From Candidatus Krumholzibacteriia bacterium (GTDB lineage Bacteria; Krumholzibacteriota; Krumholzibacteriia; LZORAL124-64-63): a stretch of 36,220 nt of DNA. Within the stretch, counting starts at the first letter, position 1; every line of letters starts with the position of its first letter. A program made the position numbers and the translations under genes. The stretch covers positions 1-36,220 of the forward strand of contig JAWOID010000042.1 in assembly GCA_046484865.1 (NCBI GenBank), given 5' to 3'. Of the stretch, positions 8,814 to 17,948 are shown piece after piece. The notes under the pieces are model-generated. The model saw only the letters and a list, made by a program, of their open reading frames with translations. It ran no database searches and was not told where the DNA came from.

Positions 8814-9419
8814 TCACGGGCCGCCTTCCACGAGCTTCGCGCCCAGGCTCCGCATCTCGTCCAGGCGACGCTTGGTCTGGCGGTGATCGCGCGCCCGGGT
8901 GGCCGACGTCAGCACATTGACCTGGAAGCCGTTGTCCAGCGCGTCCAGCACGGTACTGTGCACGCACGCGTCCAGGGCCAGACCGCCGATCCACAGCCGG
9001 CGCACGCCGTGGTCGCGCAGCCGACCGCGCAACCCGGTCCCGCTGAACGCCGAGACCGAATCGCGGGAACGGTCGGTGCCCTTGTCGATGACCATGACGT
9101 TCGCGGGCAGTGCGAGTTGCGGGTGGAACCGCGCGCCTTGCGTGTCCCGGACCGCGTGCGGAGGCCAGGGTCCGCCCTCCGCGGTGAAGCTGCCGTGGTC
9201 GTGCGGGTGCCAGTCGCGGCTGGCGACGATGGGCACACCGAACCGGCTCGCCACCTCGATCCAGCGGTTGAGGATGGGGATGATCTCCTCCGCTCCCGGC
9301 ACCTCCAGCGATCCGCCCGGGCAGAAGTCGCACTGCAGATCGCAGACCAGCAGCGCATCGCCCTCGGCGAACGGTCCGCCCGGGCGCACGCTGCCCGCAG
9401 GCGTGCGAATATCGGACAT
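8814..9419 (-). CDS. pncA: Nicotinamidase/pyrazinamidase (isochorismatase family)
   Basis: [24 protein letters not shown] and GLALDACV motifs; AGGAGG SD before ATG 9419. Confidence 0.85.
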   Translation of the reverse strand: MSDIRTPAGSVRPGGPFAEGDALLVCDLQCDFCPGGSLEVPGAEEIIPILNRWIEVASRFGVPIVASRDWHPHDHGSFTAEGGPWPPHAVRDTQGARFHPQLALPANVMVIDKGTDRSRDSVSAFSGTGLRGRLRDHGVRRLWIGGLALDACVHSTVLDALDNGFQVNVLTSATRARDHRQTKRRLDEMRSLGAKLVEGGP

Positions 9420-9520
9420 GGCGTCGTGCCTCCTGGCCGGCATGGGGTCGGTACAGCCACGCGGACCGTTTCCGATCCGGCCCTCGCTGGCTTTTCCGGC
9501 CCCGCCGGACGTCGTCTCGT

Positions 9521-10660
9521 CTATGTCTCGCGAGCGCCCGCGGAACGTTCCTCCCGCGCGGGCTCGTCGGATCCGTCTCCCCGCTCCTCGTCACTCTCGC
9601 GGGCGCCGCCGACGCGCGTCACGTAGAGCGTCTGGGTGGGGAAGGCGAACTCGAGGCCCTCGGCCTCCAGCCGCCGCTTCAATCCCAGGTTGATGGCCTG
9701 TTGCTTGTCCATGTAGACGGTGTAATCCGGCGTTTCCACGTAGTAGACGACCTCGAAGATGAGCGCGAAGTCGCCGAACTTGGCGAAGTGCACTCGATCG
9801 ATACGCACCTGGTCCAGCTCGCCCACGATCTCGCGCACGATTTGCGGCACACGTTCGAGCTTCTCGGCCGGCGATCCGTAGGTGAGTCCGAACTGGAAGA
9901 CGATCCGACGCTCGTGCATGCGCTTGTAGTTGCGGACGCGGCTGCCCAGCAGATCGCTGTTGGGAAAGACGATCTGCTCGCCGCCCAGGCTGCGCACCCG
10001 CGTGGTCTTCAGCCCCACCTGCTCCACCGTGCCGAGGAAGTCGCCCACGATGATGAAGTCGCCCACCACGAAGGGCTTGTCCAGCACGATGGAAAGGGAG
10101 GCGAAGAGGTCGCCCAGCACGTTCTGCACCGCCAGCGCGATGGCGATGCCGCCGACGCCCAGGCCGGCCACGAGCGCGGTGATGTCGGCGTCGAAGACGC
10201 TCTCGAGCACCACCAGCAACGCCGCCGAGAACACGAACACCCGCACCGCGAACAGCAGCAGTCGCAGCGCAGCCAGCTGGGAGGTATCGCCCCCCACGGT
10301 GCTCCGGCGTCGGTAGGATTCGAACCAGCCCAGCGCGAGACCGCTGACCACCATCGCGATCTGCGCCACCAGGAACATCACGCCGATCCTGCCCACGATC
10401 GTGGTGACGATCGGCGGCAGCGACAGGATCACCGACGCCGGGTACAGCGCCAGGGGGAAGAGAAGCCCCGCCCGGAGCGCGGCCGCGGCCCCGGCGAACA
10501 TCTCCTGCTTGGTGCCGCGGGGGTCGTCGGGCCGTTCGCGCCGGGCGCGCTGGCGCAACACGCGCACCACGAGGCCGAGGATGAAGGCGGTCACGGCGGT
10601 CGCACCCGCGGCGATCGCCCAGCGCTGCAGGTCGTTTCCCAGGATCGTCACGTCGGTCAC
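9521..10660 (-). CDS. mscS: Small-conductance mechanosensitive channel family protein
   Basis: LVAGLGVGGIAIALAVQNVLGDLFAS...DKPFVVGDFI...GTVEQVGLKTTRVR...PNS...FAFPTQT. Confidence 0.93.
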   Translation of the reverse strand: MTDVTILGNDLQRWAIAAGATAVTAFILGLVVRVLRQRARRERPDDPRGTKQEMFAGAAAALRAGLLFPLALYPASVILSLPPIVTTIVGRIGVMFLVAQIAMVVSGLALGWFESYRRRSTVGGDTSQLAALRLLLFAVRVFVFSAALLVVLESVFDADITALVAGLGVGGIAIALAVQNVLGDLFASLSIVLDKPFVVGDFIIVGDFLGTVEQVGLKTTRVRSLGGEQIVFPNSDLLGSRVRNYKRMHERRIVFQFGLTYGSPAEKLERVPQIVREIVGELDQVRIDRVHFAKFGDFALIFEVVYYVETPDYTVYMDKQQAINLGLKRRLEAEGLEFAFPTQTLYVTRVGGARESDEERGDGSDEPAREERSAGARET

Positions 10661-10846
10661 CGAGATGGGCTCCTCTCTGCCGGCGGGCAGTTCCGCCGTC
10701 CGTCACCGCCGTTCACGCGCCGCGTCGGGCAGCCGCTCTGCAGGGTCGAGATCAAGGTAACCATGTTCGGCTACCGTGACCGGAACTCGCCGTCTCGCCG
10801 CGCGCGGCCCGCGGCCTCGAACGGCTCGGCTCCGCTGCCGGGTCGA

Positions 10847-12244
10847 TCAGCGGTCCCGGCGCGCCCCGGCGGCGTCGTCATCGACGACGGCGGTTCCGCC
10901 CGCGTCATCGGCCCCGGCGCCGGACCCGTCATCGTCGGCGTTTCGCCGCCAGGCGCGGTCGTTGTCGGTGGGCGTGAGCGCGATGGTCTCGTCCCAGTCC
11001 GCCAGCAGCTTCTCGATACCGACTGCGCGTACCTCGTCGGCACCCTCCAGCTTGAGCTGCAGGTCGCACGATTCGCACTTGCGGTCGCAGAAGTAGGGCG
11101 TGTACGCGTCGGGTTCCTTGTAGGTGCAGATCACGCCCTCGTAGTTGCGCAGCACCACCTTGTTGGTCGACCACGAGATCAGGTAGTTCGGGCTCACACG
11201 GATCTTGCCGCCGCCGCCCGGCGCGTCAATCACGTAGCTGGGCACGGCGAAGCCGCTCGTGTGCCCCACCAGGCTCTCCATGATCTCGATGCCCTTGCCC
11301 ACCGGCGTGCGGAAGTGCGAGAGCCCCTCCGACAGGTCGCACTGGTACAGGTAGTACGGCCGCACGCGGTTGCGCACCAGCTTGTGCACCAGCGCCTTCA
11401 TGATGCGGGGGCAGTCGTTCACGCCGGCGAGCAGCACCGACTGGTTGCCCAGCGGGATGCCGGCGTCGGCCAGGCGGGCGAGGGCCTCGCGCGCCGAGCC
11501 GGTGATCTCGCGCGGGTGATTGAAGTGGGTGTTCACCCACAGCGGGTGGTGCTTGCGCAGCATCCGCACCAGGTCGTCGGTGACGCGGTAGGGCAGGACC
11601 ACCGGCGTGCGGGTGCCGATGCGCACCACCTCGACGTGTTCGATGGTGCCCAGTTCGCCGAGGATCCAGTCGAGACGCTCGTCCGACAGCAGGAACGGAT
11701 CGCCGCCCGACAGCAGCACGTCCCGCACCTGCGGGGTGCGGCGGATGTAGTCGATCCCCTCGAGCAGGGTCGCCTTGTCCGGGATGGTGTCCTCGTCGCC
11801 GACCTTGCGCTTGCGGGTGCAGTGCCGGCAGTACATGGCGCAGACGCCGGAGACCAGGAAGAGCACGCGGTCCGGGTAGCGATGGGTGACCCCCGGCACC
11901 GGGCTGTCCGCGTCCTCGGCCAGCGGATCCACCATGTCGCAGCCGCTCAGCTGCAGCTCGGCCACCGCGGGAAACGACTGCTTGTAGATGGGATCGTTCT
12001 CGAGGTCCGACGGATCGATGAGCGACAGGTAATAGGGCGTCACCGACAGAGGGAACTTGGCCAGCGTCAGCTGCAGGTCGCGCCGGGTCTCCGGCGGGAA
12101 CTCGATGTCGAGCAGCCGCTCGAACGTGCCGATCTCGGTGACGGCGTGACGGAGCTGCCACTTCCAGTCGCGCCAGCGCGACAGACCGTCCTCCTTGCAG
12201 ATCCGGCTCGCCATGATCATCTGTCGCGGTGAGAGCAGAGACAT
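10847..12244 (-). CDS. ablA: Lysine 2,3-aminomutase (radical SAM/PLP), AblA-type
   Basis: [38 protein letters not shown] (PLP Lys) and C-terminal CDRKCESC; co-located with ablB. Confidence 0.93.
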   Translation of the reverse strand: MSLLSPRQMIMASRICKEDGLSRWRDWKWQLRHAVTEIGTFERLLDIEFPPETRRDLQLTLAKFPLSVTPYYLSLIDPSDLENDPIYKQSFPAVAELQLSGCDMVDPLAEDADSPVPGVTHRYPDRVLFLVSGVCAMYCRHCTRKRKVGDEDTIPDKATLLEGIDYIRRTPQVRDVLLSGGDPFLLSDERLDWILGELGTIEHVEVVRIGTRTPVVLPYRVTDDLVRMLRKHHPLWVNTHFNHPREITGSAREALARLADAGIPLGNQSVLLAGVNDCPRIMKALVHKLVRNRVRPYYLYQCDLSEGLSHFRTPVGKGIEIMESLVGHTSGFAVPSYVIDAPGGGGKIRVSPNYLISWSTNKVVLRNYEGVICTYKEPDAYTPYFCDRKCESCDLQLKLEGADEVRAVGIEKLLADWDETIALTPTDNDRAWRRNADDDGSGAGADDAGGTAVVDDDAAGARRDR

Positions 12245-12295
12245 GCTGTCCTTTCCTTCCGTCGAGACCCTCGAGGCAGCGGATCGTTGCCGCTG

Positions 12296-12859
12296 CTATC
12301 GCCGGCCTGCGGCTCGTGAAGCTGTTGCGACCGGCCAAGGCTGTTCACCGGCAGGAGCAGGTGGTTGGCCCGAGTCCCGCGTGTCCATGAGCCCCACCAG
12401 TTCCTCGACCAGGGCAGCCACCTGTTCCTGACGTTCCGGCGCCAGCCGCCGCAGGGCCGCCCGCAGCGGGTGCTGCTCGGAGTAGGGCGCTCTGGCCGAC
12501 AGCTCGAGTCCGGCCGGGGTGGCGGTGACGAGCACGCGCCGGCGGTCGCCCGCCACCCGTGACCGGGTGACGAGGTCTCGCGCCTCGAGCCGGTCGAGGA
12601 TGCGCACCACCGTGCTCTTGCTGAGTTGCACCCGCGATGCCAGTTCCGTCACCGATACCGGACCATGCTCAACCGCCGTGTTGAGACAGACGAGCTGCGG
12701 GCCCGTGATCTCGTGCAGGATCACCAGCTTGCGCGAGTAGAGATCGACCTCGCGGATGATCCGGCGCAGGGCGTGGAGGATGCGCCGGCCGCGGTCGCTG
12801 TCGGCGCCCTCGGCGCCGGGGTCGCGGGCGGTTCTGTGCGGATCGGTGTCCGGGTCCAT
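12296..12859 (-). CDS. MarR-family transcriptional regulator (EctR/CosR-like)
   Basis: ILHALRRIIREVDLYSRKL...ITGPQL...LSKSTVVRILDRLEARDLVTRSR..DRR; GGAGA SD upstream of ATG 12859. Confidence 0.9.
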   Translation of the reverse strand: MDPDTDPHRTARDPGAEGADSDRGRRILHALRRIIREVDLYSRKLVILHEITGPQLVCLNTAVEHGPVSVTELASRVQLSKSTVVRILDRLEARDLVTRSRVAGDRRRVLVTATPAGLELSARAPYSEQHPLRAALRRLAPERQEQVAALVEELVGLMDTRDSGQPPAPAGEQPWPVATASRAAGRR

Positions 12860-12949
12860 CGGGTCTCCAGCTTGGTCTGCCGCGGAGGTGTTCTGCCCAG
12901 CGCAGGTCGTCGGGACCGGGATCGACGTTGCAAGTCGATTCACATCAAA

Positions 12950-12981
12950 AACATACCAGATATCGTTGCTAAAGCAACCAT
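12950..12981 (-). promoter_or_regulatory. Putative sigma70 promoter of the marR-ablA operon with an overlapping palindromic operator
   Basis: Minus strand reads TTGCTT-N16-TATGTT with a TGn extension. The palindrome ATCGTTGC-TAAA-GCAACCAT (12962-12981) covers the -35 box. Confidence 0.55.
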
Positions 12982-13123
12982 TTTTTTCGGGGCCGCGGTC
13001 TGGACGTCCTCGCTTCGCCGGCGAATGTCCCTGCGGTCGGCGTGCCCTGGATTCCGCCGGCCGACCGGCTATCTTGGCTCGGGATCCGCCCGCCTGCAGG
13101 TCGGCGGGGAAACCGAGGTCGGC

Positions 13124-13969
13124 GTGCTGCGCAACCTGATCGAATACCTGGAGATCGTGGCGGGAGCGCTCATCAGTGCCGCCGCCCTGGGCATGTTCCT
13201 CATCCCCAACCAGGTGGTGGCCGGCGGCGTGACCGGCCTTTCGATCATCCTCGAGTTCATCACGCCGCTCACGGTGGGGACGGCGCTGCTGCTGCTGAAC
13301 CTGCCCATCCTCTGGCTGGGATGGCGGTATGCCGGCGGCCGGCGCTTCTTCCTGCGCACGCTGGTGGGGCTGGTGACGCTGGCGGCGGGCACGGACCTGC
13401 TGCGGCCCCTGCTGCCCGTGCCCACCACCGACCGGTTGCTGATCATCGTGTACGGCGGCCTCATGAGCGGACTGGGGCTGGCGCTGGTCTTCATGGGGCG
13501 CGGCACCACGGGCGGTGCGGACGTGCTGGCGCGGCTGGCGAACCAGTGGTTCGGCGTATCGGTGGGCAGGGCGCTGCTGGCACTCAACGTGGTGATCTAT
13601 AGCGTGGCCGGGCTCCTCTTCGGGCCGGAACCGGCCATGGTGGCGTTGCTGCTCTCCTACGTCATGGCGCGCACCATGGACGCGGTGCTGCACGGCATCT
13701 CGGCGACGCGCGCGGCGTTCATCGTCACCGACCGCCCGGACGAGGTGCGCGACATCATCCTCGGCAAGCTCGGCCGGGGGGCCACCATCCTGCCGGCCGA
13801 GGGCGGCTTCGCCCAGGTGCGCCGGTCAGTGCTCTTCGTCGTCGTGGCGCGCGCCGACGTCCAGCGGCTCAAGCGTCGCATCGGCGAGGCGGACGCCGAG
13901 GCGTTCGTCACCATCCTCGTTCCCAGCGAGGTCCAGGGCGGCTATCCGTTTCCCCGCTCGGGCACCTGA
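13124..13969 (+). CDS. YitT family membrane protein (with DUF2179 C-terminal domain)
   Basis: FLIPNQVVAGGVTGLS, LNLPIL, GTTGGAD, LGRGAT and DAEAFV motifs; GTG start after GAGG. Confidence 0.9.
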   Translation: MLRNLIEYLEIVAGALISAAALGMFLIPNQVVAGGVTGLSIILEFITPLTVGTALLLLNLPILWLGWRYAGGRRFFLRTLVGLVTLAAGTDLLRPLLPVPTTDRLLIIVYGGLMSGLGLALVFMGRGTTGGADVLARLANQWFGVSVGRALLALNVVIYSVAGLLFGPEPAMVALLLSYVMARTMDAVLHGISATRAAFIVTDRPDEVRDIILGKLGRGATILPAEGGFAQVRRSVLFVVVARADVQRLKRRIGEADAEAFVTILVPSEVQGGYPFPRSGT

Positions 13970-14469
13970 ACTTCCACCGTCGTCGCGCCGGTCGGCAACG
14001 CCGTGTGCCGGCCGCGCACGAACCACAGGTGGTCATCGAGATCCCGGCGAACGCCGCCGAGGATCTCCGCGGTGTTGCTGTCCCCGAGCTGGCCGGCTTC
14101 CTCCGCCGAGAGCTTCAGGAGCTGTCCGAAGCGCTCGAGCACGTCCGCCAGCGCTGCCAGGTGCGCTCCGATGTCGGTGCAGCTCGAGGGGTAGGGGCCC
14201 AGCTGGCTCACGCTGGCGACCCGGGCGAGACGACCGTCCGCCTCGCCTCCCAGCTGCACGGCGCGCTCGGCCAGCAGGTCCACGTGTTCCACGACGTCGT
14301 CATGAATGCGGTCGAACAGGCCATCGGTGCCCGGCAGGGCGGAATCGCCGAGATTCCAGTGGGCGATCCGCGTCATGAGCATCAGATCGATGGCATCGGC
14401 CAGTCGAGCATTGAGAAGGGCGACGAGCTTTTCGTTGCGTTGGGCGCTCTCGAGAACTGGTTCCCGCAT
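13942..14469 (-). CDS. dps: DNA protection during starvation protein (ferritin-like)
   Basis: LNARLADAIDL...AHWN...LFD...VDLLAERAVQLGG...LDDHLWFV; strong SD; convergent 28-bp overlap with the yitT-family gene. Confidence 0.85.
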   Translation of the reverse strand: MREPVLESAQRNEKLVALLNARLADAIDLMLMTRIAHWNLGDSALPGTDGLFDRIHDDVVEHVDLLAERAVQLGGEADGRLARVASVSQLGPYPSSCTDIGAHLAALADVLERFGQLLKLSAEEAGQLGDSNTAEILGGVRRDLDDHLWFVRGRHTALPTGATTVEVQVPERGNG

Positions 14470-14728
14470 GGCCCCTCCTTCCGGTGGCTGATCCGGTGCG
14501 CGGGTTCGCCTCGTTGCTGCTGCGGCGTCGGACACGACGTCCCCCCGACCGTGCCGGGCGAACAATCTGTCCCGAGGCACTGAGTGTTGTCAATATGCCC
14601 GGGGTATGTCATTCTTTACGGCTTGCTTGCGAGGATGCTGTTCCTCCCCCGCAAGGTTGCGAGATCGTGCTCCATCTCACGATCTGCGCGGTCGCGGTCG
14701 GCCTTCGACTCGGACCTTCGACTCGGCC

Positions 14729-14756
14729 TTGATTCCGGGCCGCCGACCGGTATAGT
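14729..14756 (+). promoter_or_regulatory. Putative sigma70 promoter giving a near-leaderless transcript
   Basis: TTGATT-N16-TATAGT ends 11 nt before ATG 14768, which has no SD. Confidence 0.45.
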
Positions 14757-14767
14757 ATCCGCCACCC

Positions 14768-16744
14768 ATGAAGACCTTCGCTCACCTCGTTCTCACCGTG
14801 GCCCTGGCGCTGATCGCGCCGGTCCTGGGCGCCCTCCCGGTCCACGTCCAGGCCGCCTCGGCATCTGCCCGCGCCGGCGGCGCCACCGTCTCGGTCCACG
14901 GTTACGCTCTCGGCGGCGGCACGCGCGCCGAGGTCCTGCCGGACGCGTCGGTACGGTTCGTCGACGGCGAGGGTCGCGTGTTCCTCGTTCTCACCGGCGA
15001 GGTGGACGGGCTCGGACCGCGGGTGCCGAGACGGCTTCACGCGGCCGTCAGCCGTGAAGGTGCGCCGGGCGGTGCCAGGGGGTTCGGGCTTTCCGCCGAC
15101 GACGATCGCGACGGTCGTCGCGACGAGGATCGCCTCGACGGCCGCGACAATGACGGTGACGGCCGCGTGGACGAGGACTTCGCCGCGGTGAGCGACGCCA
15201 TGACGGTGGTCACCCTCAACGGCGCCGGCCGCAGCCTGCACCTGGAGACGTACCATTGGGCCTACCCGAGCACGCAGGACATGCTGGCCGTGGTCGTGAC
15301 CGGCGCGGGGCTGCGCGGCGAGCCCGTGGGTGGGGCCGTCCAGTTCGAGGCGGCGGGCACGTCCTGGGACCAGGTGGACCTGCCGTTGCGGCGGCTCGGT
15401 CCGCGCGGCGAGTTCTCCGTGACGACCGAGACGGTCCACATGTTCGCGCTGCCCGCGGCCGCGGACGGTCGCCGCGTTTGGGTGGGAGTGGGCCTTCTGG
15501 AACCCGAGGATGCCCGCCTGCTGCCCGAGGTGAGGTTGCGGCTGCAGGGATCGACCCTGCGGATCCCCATGGTCGAAGGGCGCGTCCAGTTCGCCGTGGT
15601 GACGGCTCCGACGCTTCTGCGGCTGGTTGCGGCGCTGGCCGAGGCCCGCTCCGTGGAGCGCGGCGTGCGCGACCCGGTCACGGGCGAGACGCTGGCCTGG
15701 ATCGTCCCCCCGTCCGCCCTGGCGACGCGGCTGCCTCAAACCCCACCGGCGCGCTGGAGTCCGGACCCGGACGGCGGCGGTAAGCTGGCGGTGCGGGTGA
15801 CCGCCGACGCGACGGTCCTGCCGGACCCCGACCTCTTCAGCCTGGACGATCGGATCCTCGGCACGCCGCATGGCCTGACCTGGCGCCCCGACGACGGCGT
15901 ACCCACCAGCCTCGGCTGGCGAGCCGTGACCACCGCCGATCTCGACTCCCTGGCGCTGCCACACACGGAGCCGGCGCGTCTGGTCGATCCGTTCGGAGCC
16001 CTGATGGGTTCGGCGCTGATCGCCGACGGCTGGCTGGAACTGGACTACCGCGCGATCCCCGCCGCCGCCGCATTCGCGGTTCCCCACCCGGGAATGTCGG
16101 CCCGCAGCACGGCCGGCGAGGGGTCAGCGGCGACAGACGACGGTGACGGGGACGGTGCGAGCCGGGTGGCCGGCACCGGCGACCCCGGCGATGCCGGGGC
16201 TCGAACGGCGGGGCTGCTCTGCGGGCGCTCCATCCAGGGGCAGCCCGTCCGCTTCGAACTCGTCGCCCCGGACGGCTCGGGCGCGATGGCCCCGGCCGCT
16301 GTCGCAGAGGCTGCCGGACCGGCGACCGAGATCGGCTCGGACGCACCGGCGGCCTCGGCCAGGCGCACGGGGCGCGGTCCGAGCCTCAGCCCGGCCCTGC
16401 TGGAGAACTTCCCCAACCCGTTCCGCGACCAGACCACGATCCGCTTCACGATTCCCGCCATCGTGGGGGAAGGATTCGTCTGGGAGGACGGCGAGGCGCC
16501 CGGACTCGATCCCGCCGCGCAGATGCCGTACGCGGCCGAACCGCCGGCGGTCTCCGTGCGCGTGTACGACGTCAGCGGCGAGGAAGTGGCGCGGCTCTTC
16601 GTCGACCGCGCAGGCCCGGGCACCTACGACGCTCAGTGGGACGGATCCGATCTGTACGGGCGTCGGGTGGCCTCGGGCAACTACTTCGTCAGCCTGCAGG
16701 TCGATGCGTGGAACGTCACGAAGAGCATTGTATTCGTGCGATGA
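14768..16744 (+). CDS. Secreted protein with Ca-binding DxDxDG repeats and a C-terminal FlgD-Ig/T9SS-like sorting domain
   Basis: N-terminal signal peptide; DDDRDGRRDED..DGRDNDGDGRVDED; C-terminal NFPNPF..TTIRF...VYDVSG..V..L...WDG.D..GRRVASGNYF. Confidence 0.8.
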   Translation: MKTFAHLVLTVALALIAPVLGALPVHVQAASASARAGGATVSVHGYALGGGTRAEVLPDASVRFVDGEGRVFLVLTGEVDGLGPRVPRRLHAAVSREGAPGGARGFGLSADDDRDGRRDEDRLDGRDNDGDGRVDEDFAAVSDAMTVVTLNGAGRSLHLETYHWAYPSTQDMLAVVVTGAGLRGEPVGGAVQFEAAGTSWDQVDLPLRRLGPRGEFSVTTETVHMFALPAAADGRRVWVGVGLLEPEDARLLPEVRLRLQGSTLRIPMVEGRVQFAVVTAPTLLRLVAALAEARSVERGVRDPVTGETLAWIVPPSALATRLPQTPPARWSPDPDGGGKLAVRVTADATVLPDPDLFSLDDRILGTPHGLTWRPDDGVPTSLGWRAVTTADLDSLALPHTEPARLVDPFGALMGSALIADGWLELDYRAIPAAAAFAVPHPGMSARSTAGEGSAATDDGDGDGASRVAGTGDPGDAGARTAGLLCGRSIQGQPVRFELVAPDGSGAMAPAAVAEAAGPATEIGSDAPAASARRTGRGPSLSPALLENFPNPFRDQTTIRFTIPAIVGEGFVWEDGEAPGLDPAAQMPYAAEPPAVSVRVYDVSGEEVARLFVDRAGPGTYDAQWDGSDLYGRRVASGNYFVSLQVDAWNVTKSIVFVR

Positions 16745-16938
16745 TGTAAAAATTTGCCTATCATGGATCTGGAAAATTCGTCGCCGGTCACTTCCGCAGT
16801 TGGTGTGGAAGCGATTAGACGTGGACAAACCTGACCTGTCGACGTTATTATTAGTATTCGTCAGGGAAGATTTTTTACGCAATTAGCACATCAGTGCTCC
16901 GCAACCTGGTGCACACTCGAACCGCTTAGGGGGCAACG

Positions 16939-17829
16939 GTGGAAGAACGGCTGGAAGCCCTCCAGGAGCCGTGGACCAGCTTCATCATCGACTTTCCCAC
17001 CTACCCCAGAGTCCGGTCCAATGGACGGGAGGAGAGTCAGTTGAGCCAGCGGGTGCTGTTCGTCTGCCCGCAGGCCGAGAAGAATCCCACCGAACTGTGT
17101 CTCGCACTCTTCGGCAGCCAGGCGGTCATCCGCCGCCTCCAGAACGAAGGGGCGGCCGAGGAGTTGCCGGGCACCCGATTCGTCTTCGTCTACGCGCCCG
17201 AATTGCCGGCCGATCTGCGCTCGGCCCTCGGCACTCACCACGAGCGACCCGGTGCGCCGGTCCTGATCACCGACAAGGCCACCGTCGTCCTGGGGGCGGG
17301 GTACGTGAACGAGATCCTGCAGCGGGGCTTCGTGCCCACCGCTCCGGGGACGCGGCGTGCCTGGCCCGAGGGCGCCGGCGTTGCGGGTACGGGCCTGCAG
17401 CAGACCGAGGACGAGACGGAGATCTGGCGCGACCCGCTCCCCCAGATCGCCCTGGTGGACGAGGACGGCAATCGCATCATGGCGAACACGGGACTGCAGG
17501 ACTACCGGGTGGAATACGCCTGCCGCTACGTCCTGGCCCACTTCCGCGAGAACATCAATCGCGACAAGATGGCCGAGATGGTGGGGCTGTCGCCCGGCTA
17601 CTTCTCGAACCTCTTCCGCGGCGAAGTGGGGATGAGCTTCAGCGATTATCTCATCCAGGTGCGCATCGAGAATGCCAAGAGCCTGCTGCGACGGTTCGAC
17701 CTTTCGGTCGAGGCCATCAGCCGGCAGTGCGGATTCAACAGCCTGGCCCACTTCTCGCGCACGTTCAAGGATCGCGTGGGGCTGTCGCCTCTCAAGTACC
17801 GCAAGACACCCCAGTCCGAGGCCAGCTAG
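16939..17829 (+). CDS. AraC-family transcriptional regulator
   Basis: C-terminal double HTH (MAEMVGLSPGYFSNLFR...RIENAKSLL...CGFNSLAHFSRTFK..VGLSPLKYR); N-terminal domain not recognised. Confidence 0.9.
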   Translation: MEERLEALQEPWTSFIIDFPTYPRVRSNGREESQLSQRVLFVCPQAEKNPTELCLALFGSQAVIRRLQNEGAAEELPGTRFVFVYAPELPADLRSALGTHHERPGAPVLITDKATVVLGAGYVNEILQRGFVPTAPGTRRAWPEGAGVAGTGLQQTEDETEIWRDPLPQIALVDEDGNRIMANTGLQDYRVEYACRYVLAHFRENINRDKMAEMVGLSPGYFSNLFRGEVGMSFSDYLIQVRIENAKSLLRRFDLSVEAISRQCGFNSLAHFSRTFKDRVGLSPLKYRKTPQSEAS

Positions 17830-17865
17830 GCTCCGGATCCTGCAGCTGAGCCGAGCGAGTCGAAG

Positions 17866-17897
17866 AGGCCCCTTCCCGCGGGAAGGGGCCTTTCTTC
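17866..17897 (+). terminator. Intrinsic terminator after the AraC gene
   Basis: AGGCCCCTTCC-CGCG-GGAAGGGGCCT followed by TTCTTC. Confidence 0.8.
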
Positions 17898-17948
17898 GCC
17901 GGGCCTGGTGCGTTAGCTTGTCCGCTGTCCTCGAACCCCGGAGCATGC

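Noticed and set aside
10847..12244. EF-P beta-lysylation enzyme EpmB or lysine-fermentation KamA
   Set aside because: No efp/epmA or kamDE nearby; the length, C-terminal Cys cluster and linked ablB favour AblA.
12860..13693. N-terminal extension of the 465-aa ORF 12296-13693
   Set aside because: Antisense to the yitT-family gene; the MarR domain starts at the SD-supported ATG 12859.
14702..14726. CCTTCGACTCGG direct repeat (two copies)
   Set aside because: Too short to call; it could be an activator site just upstream of the -35 box, but nothing else supports that.
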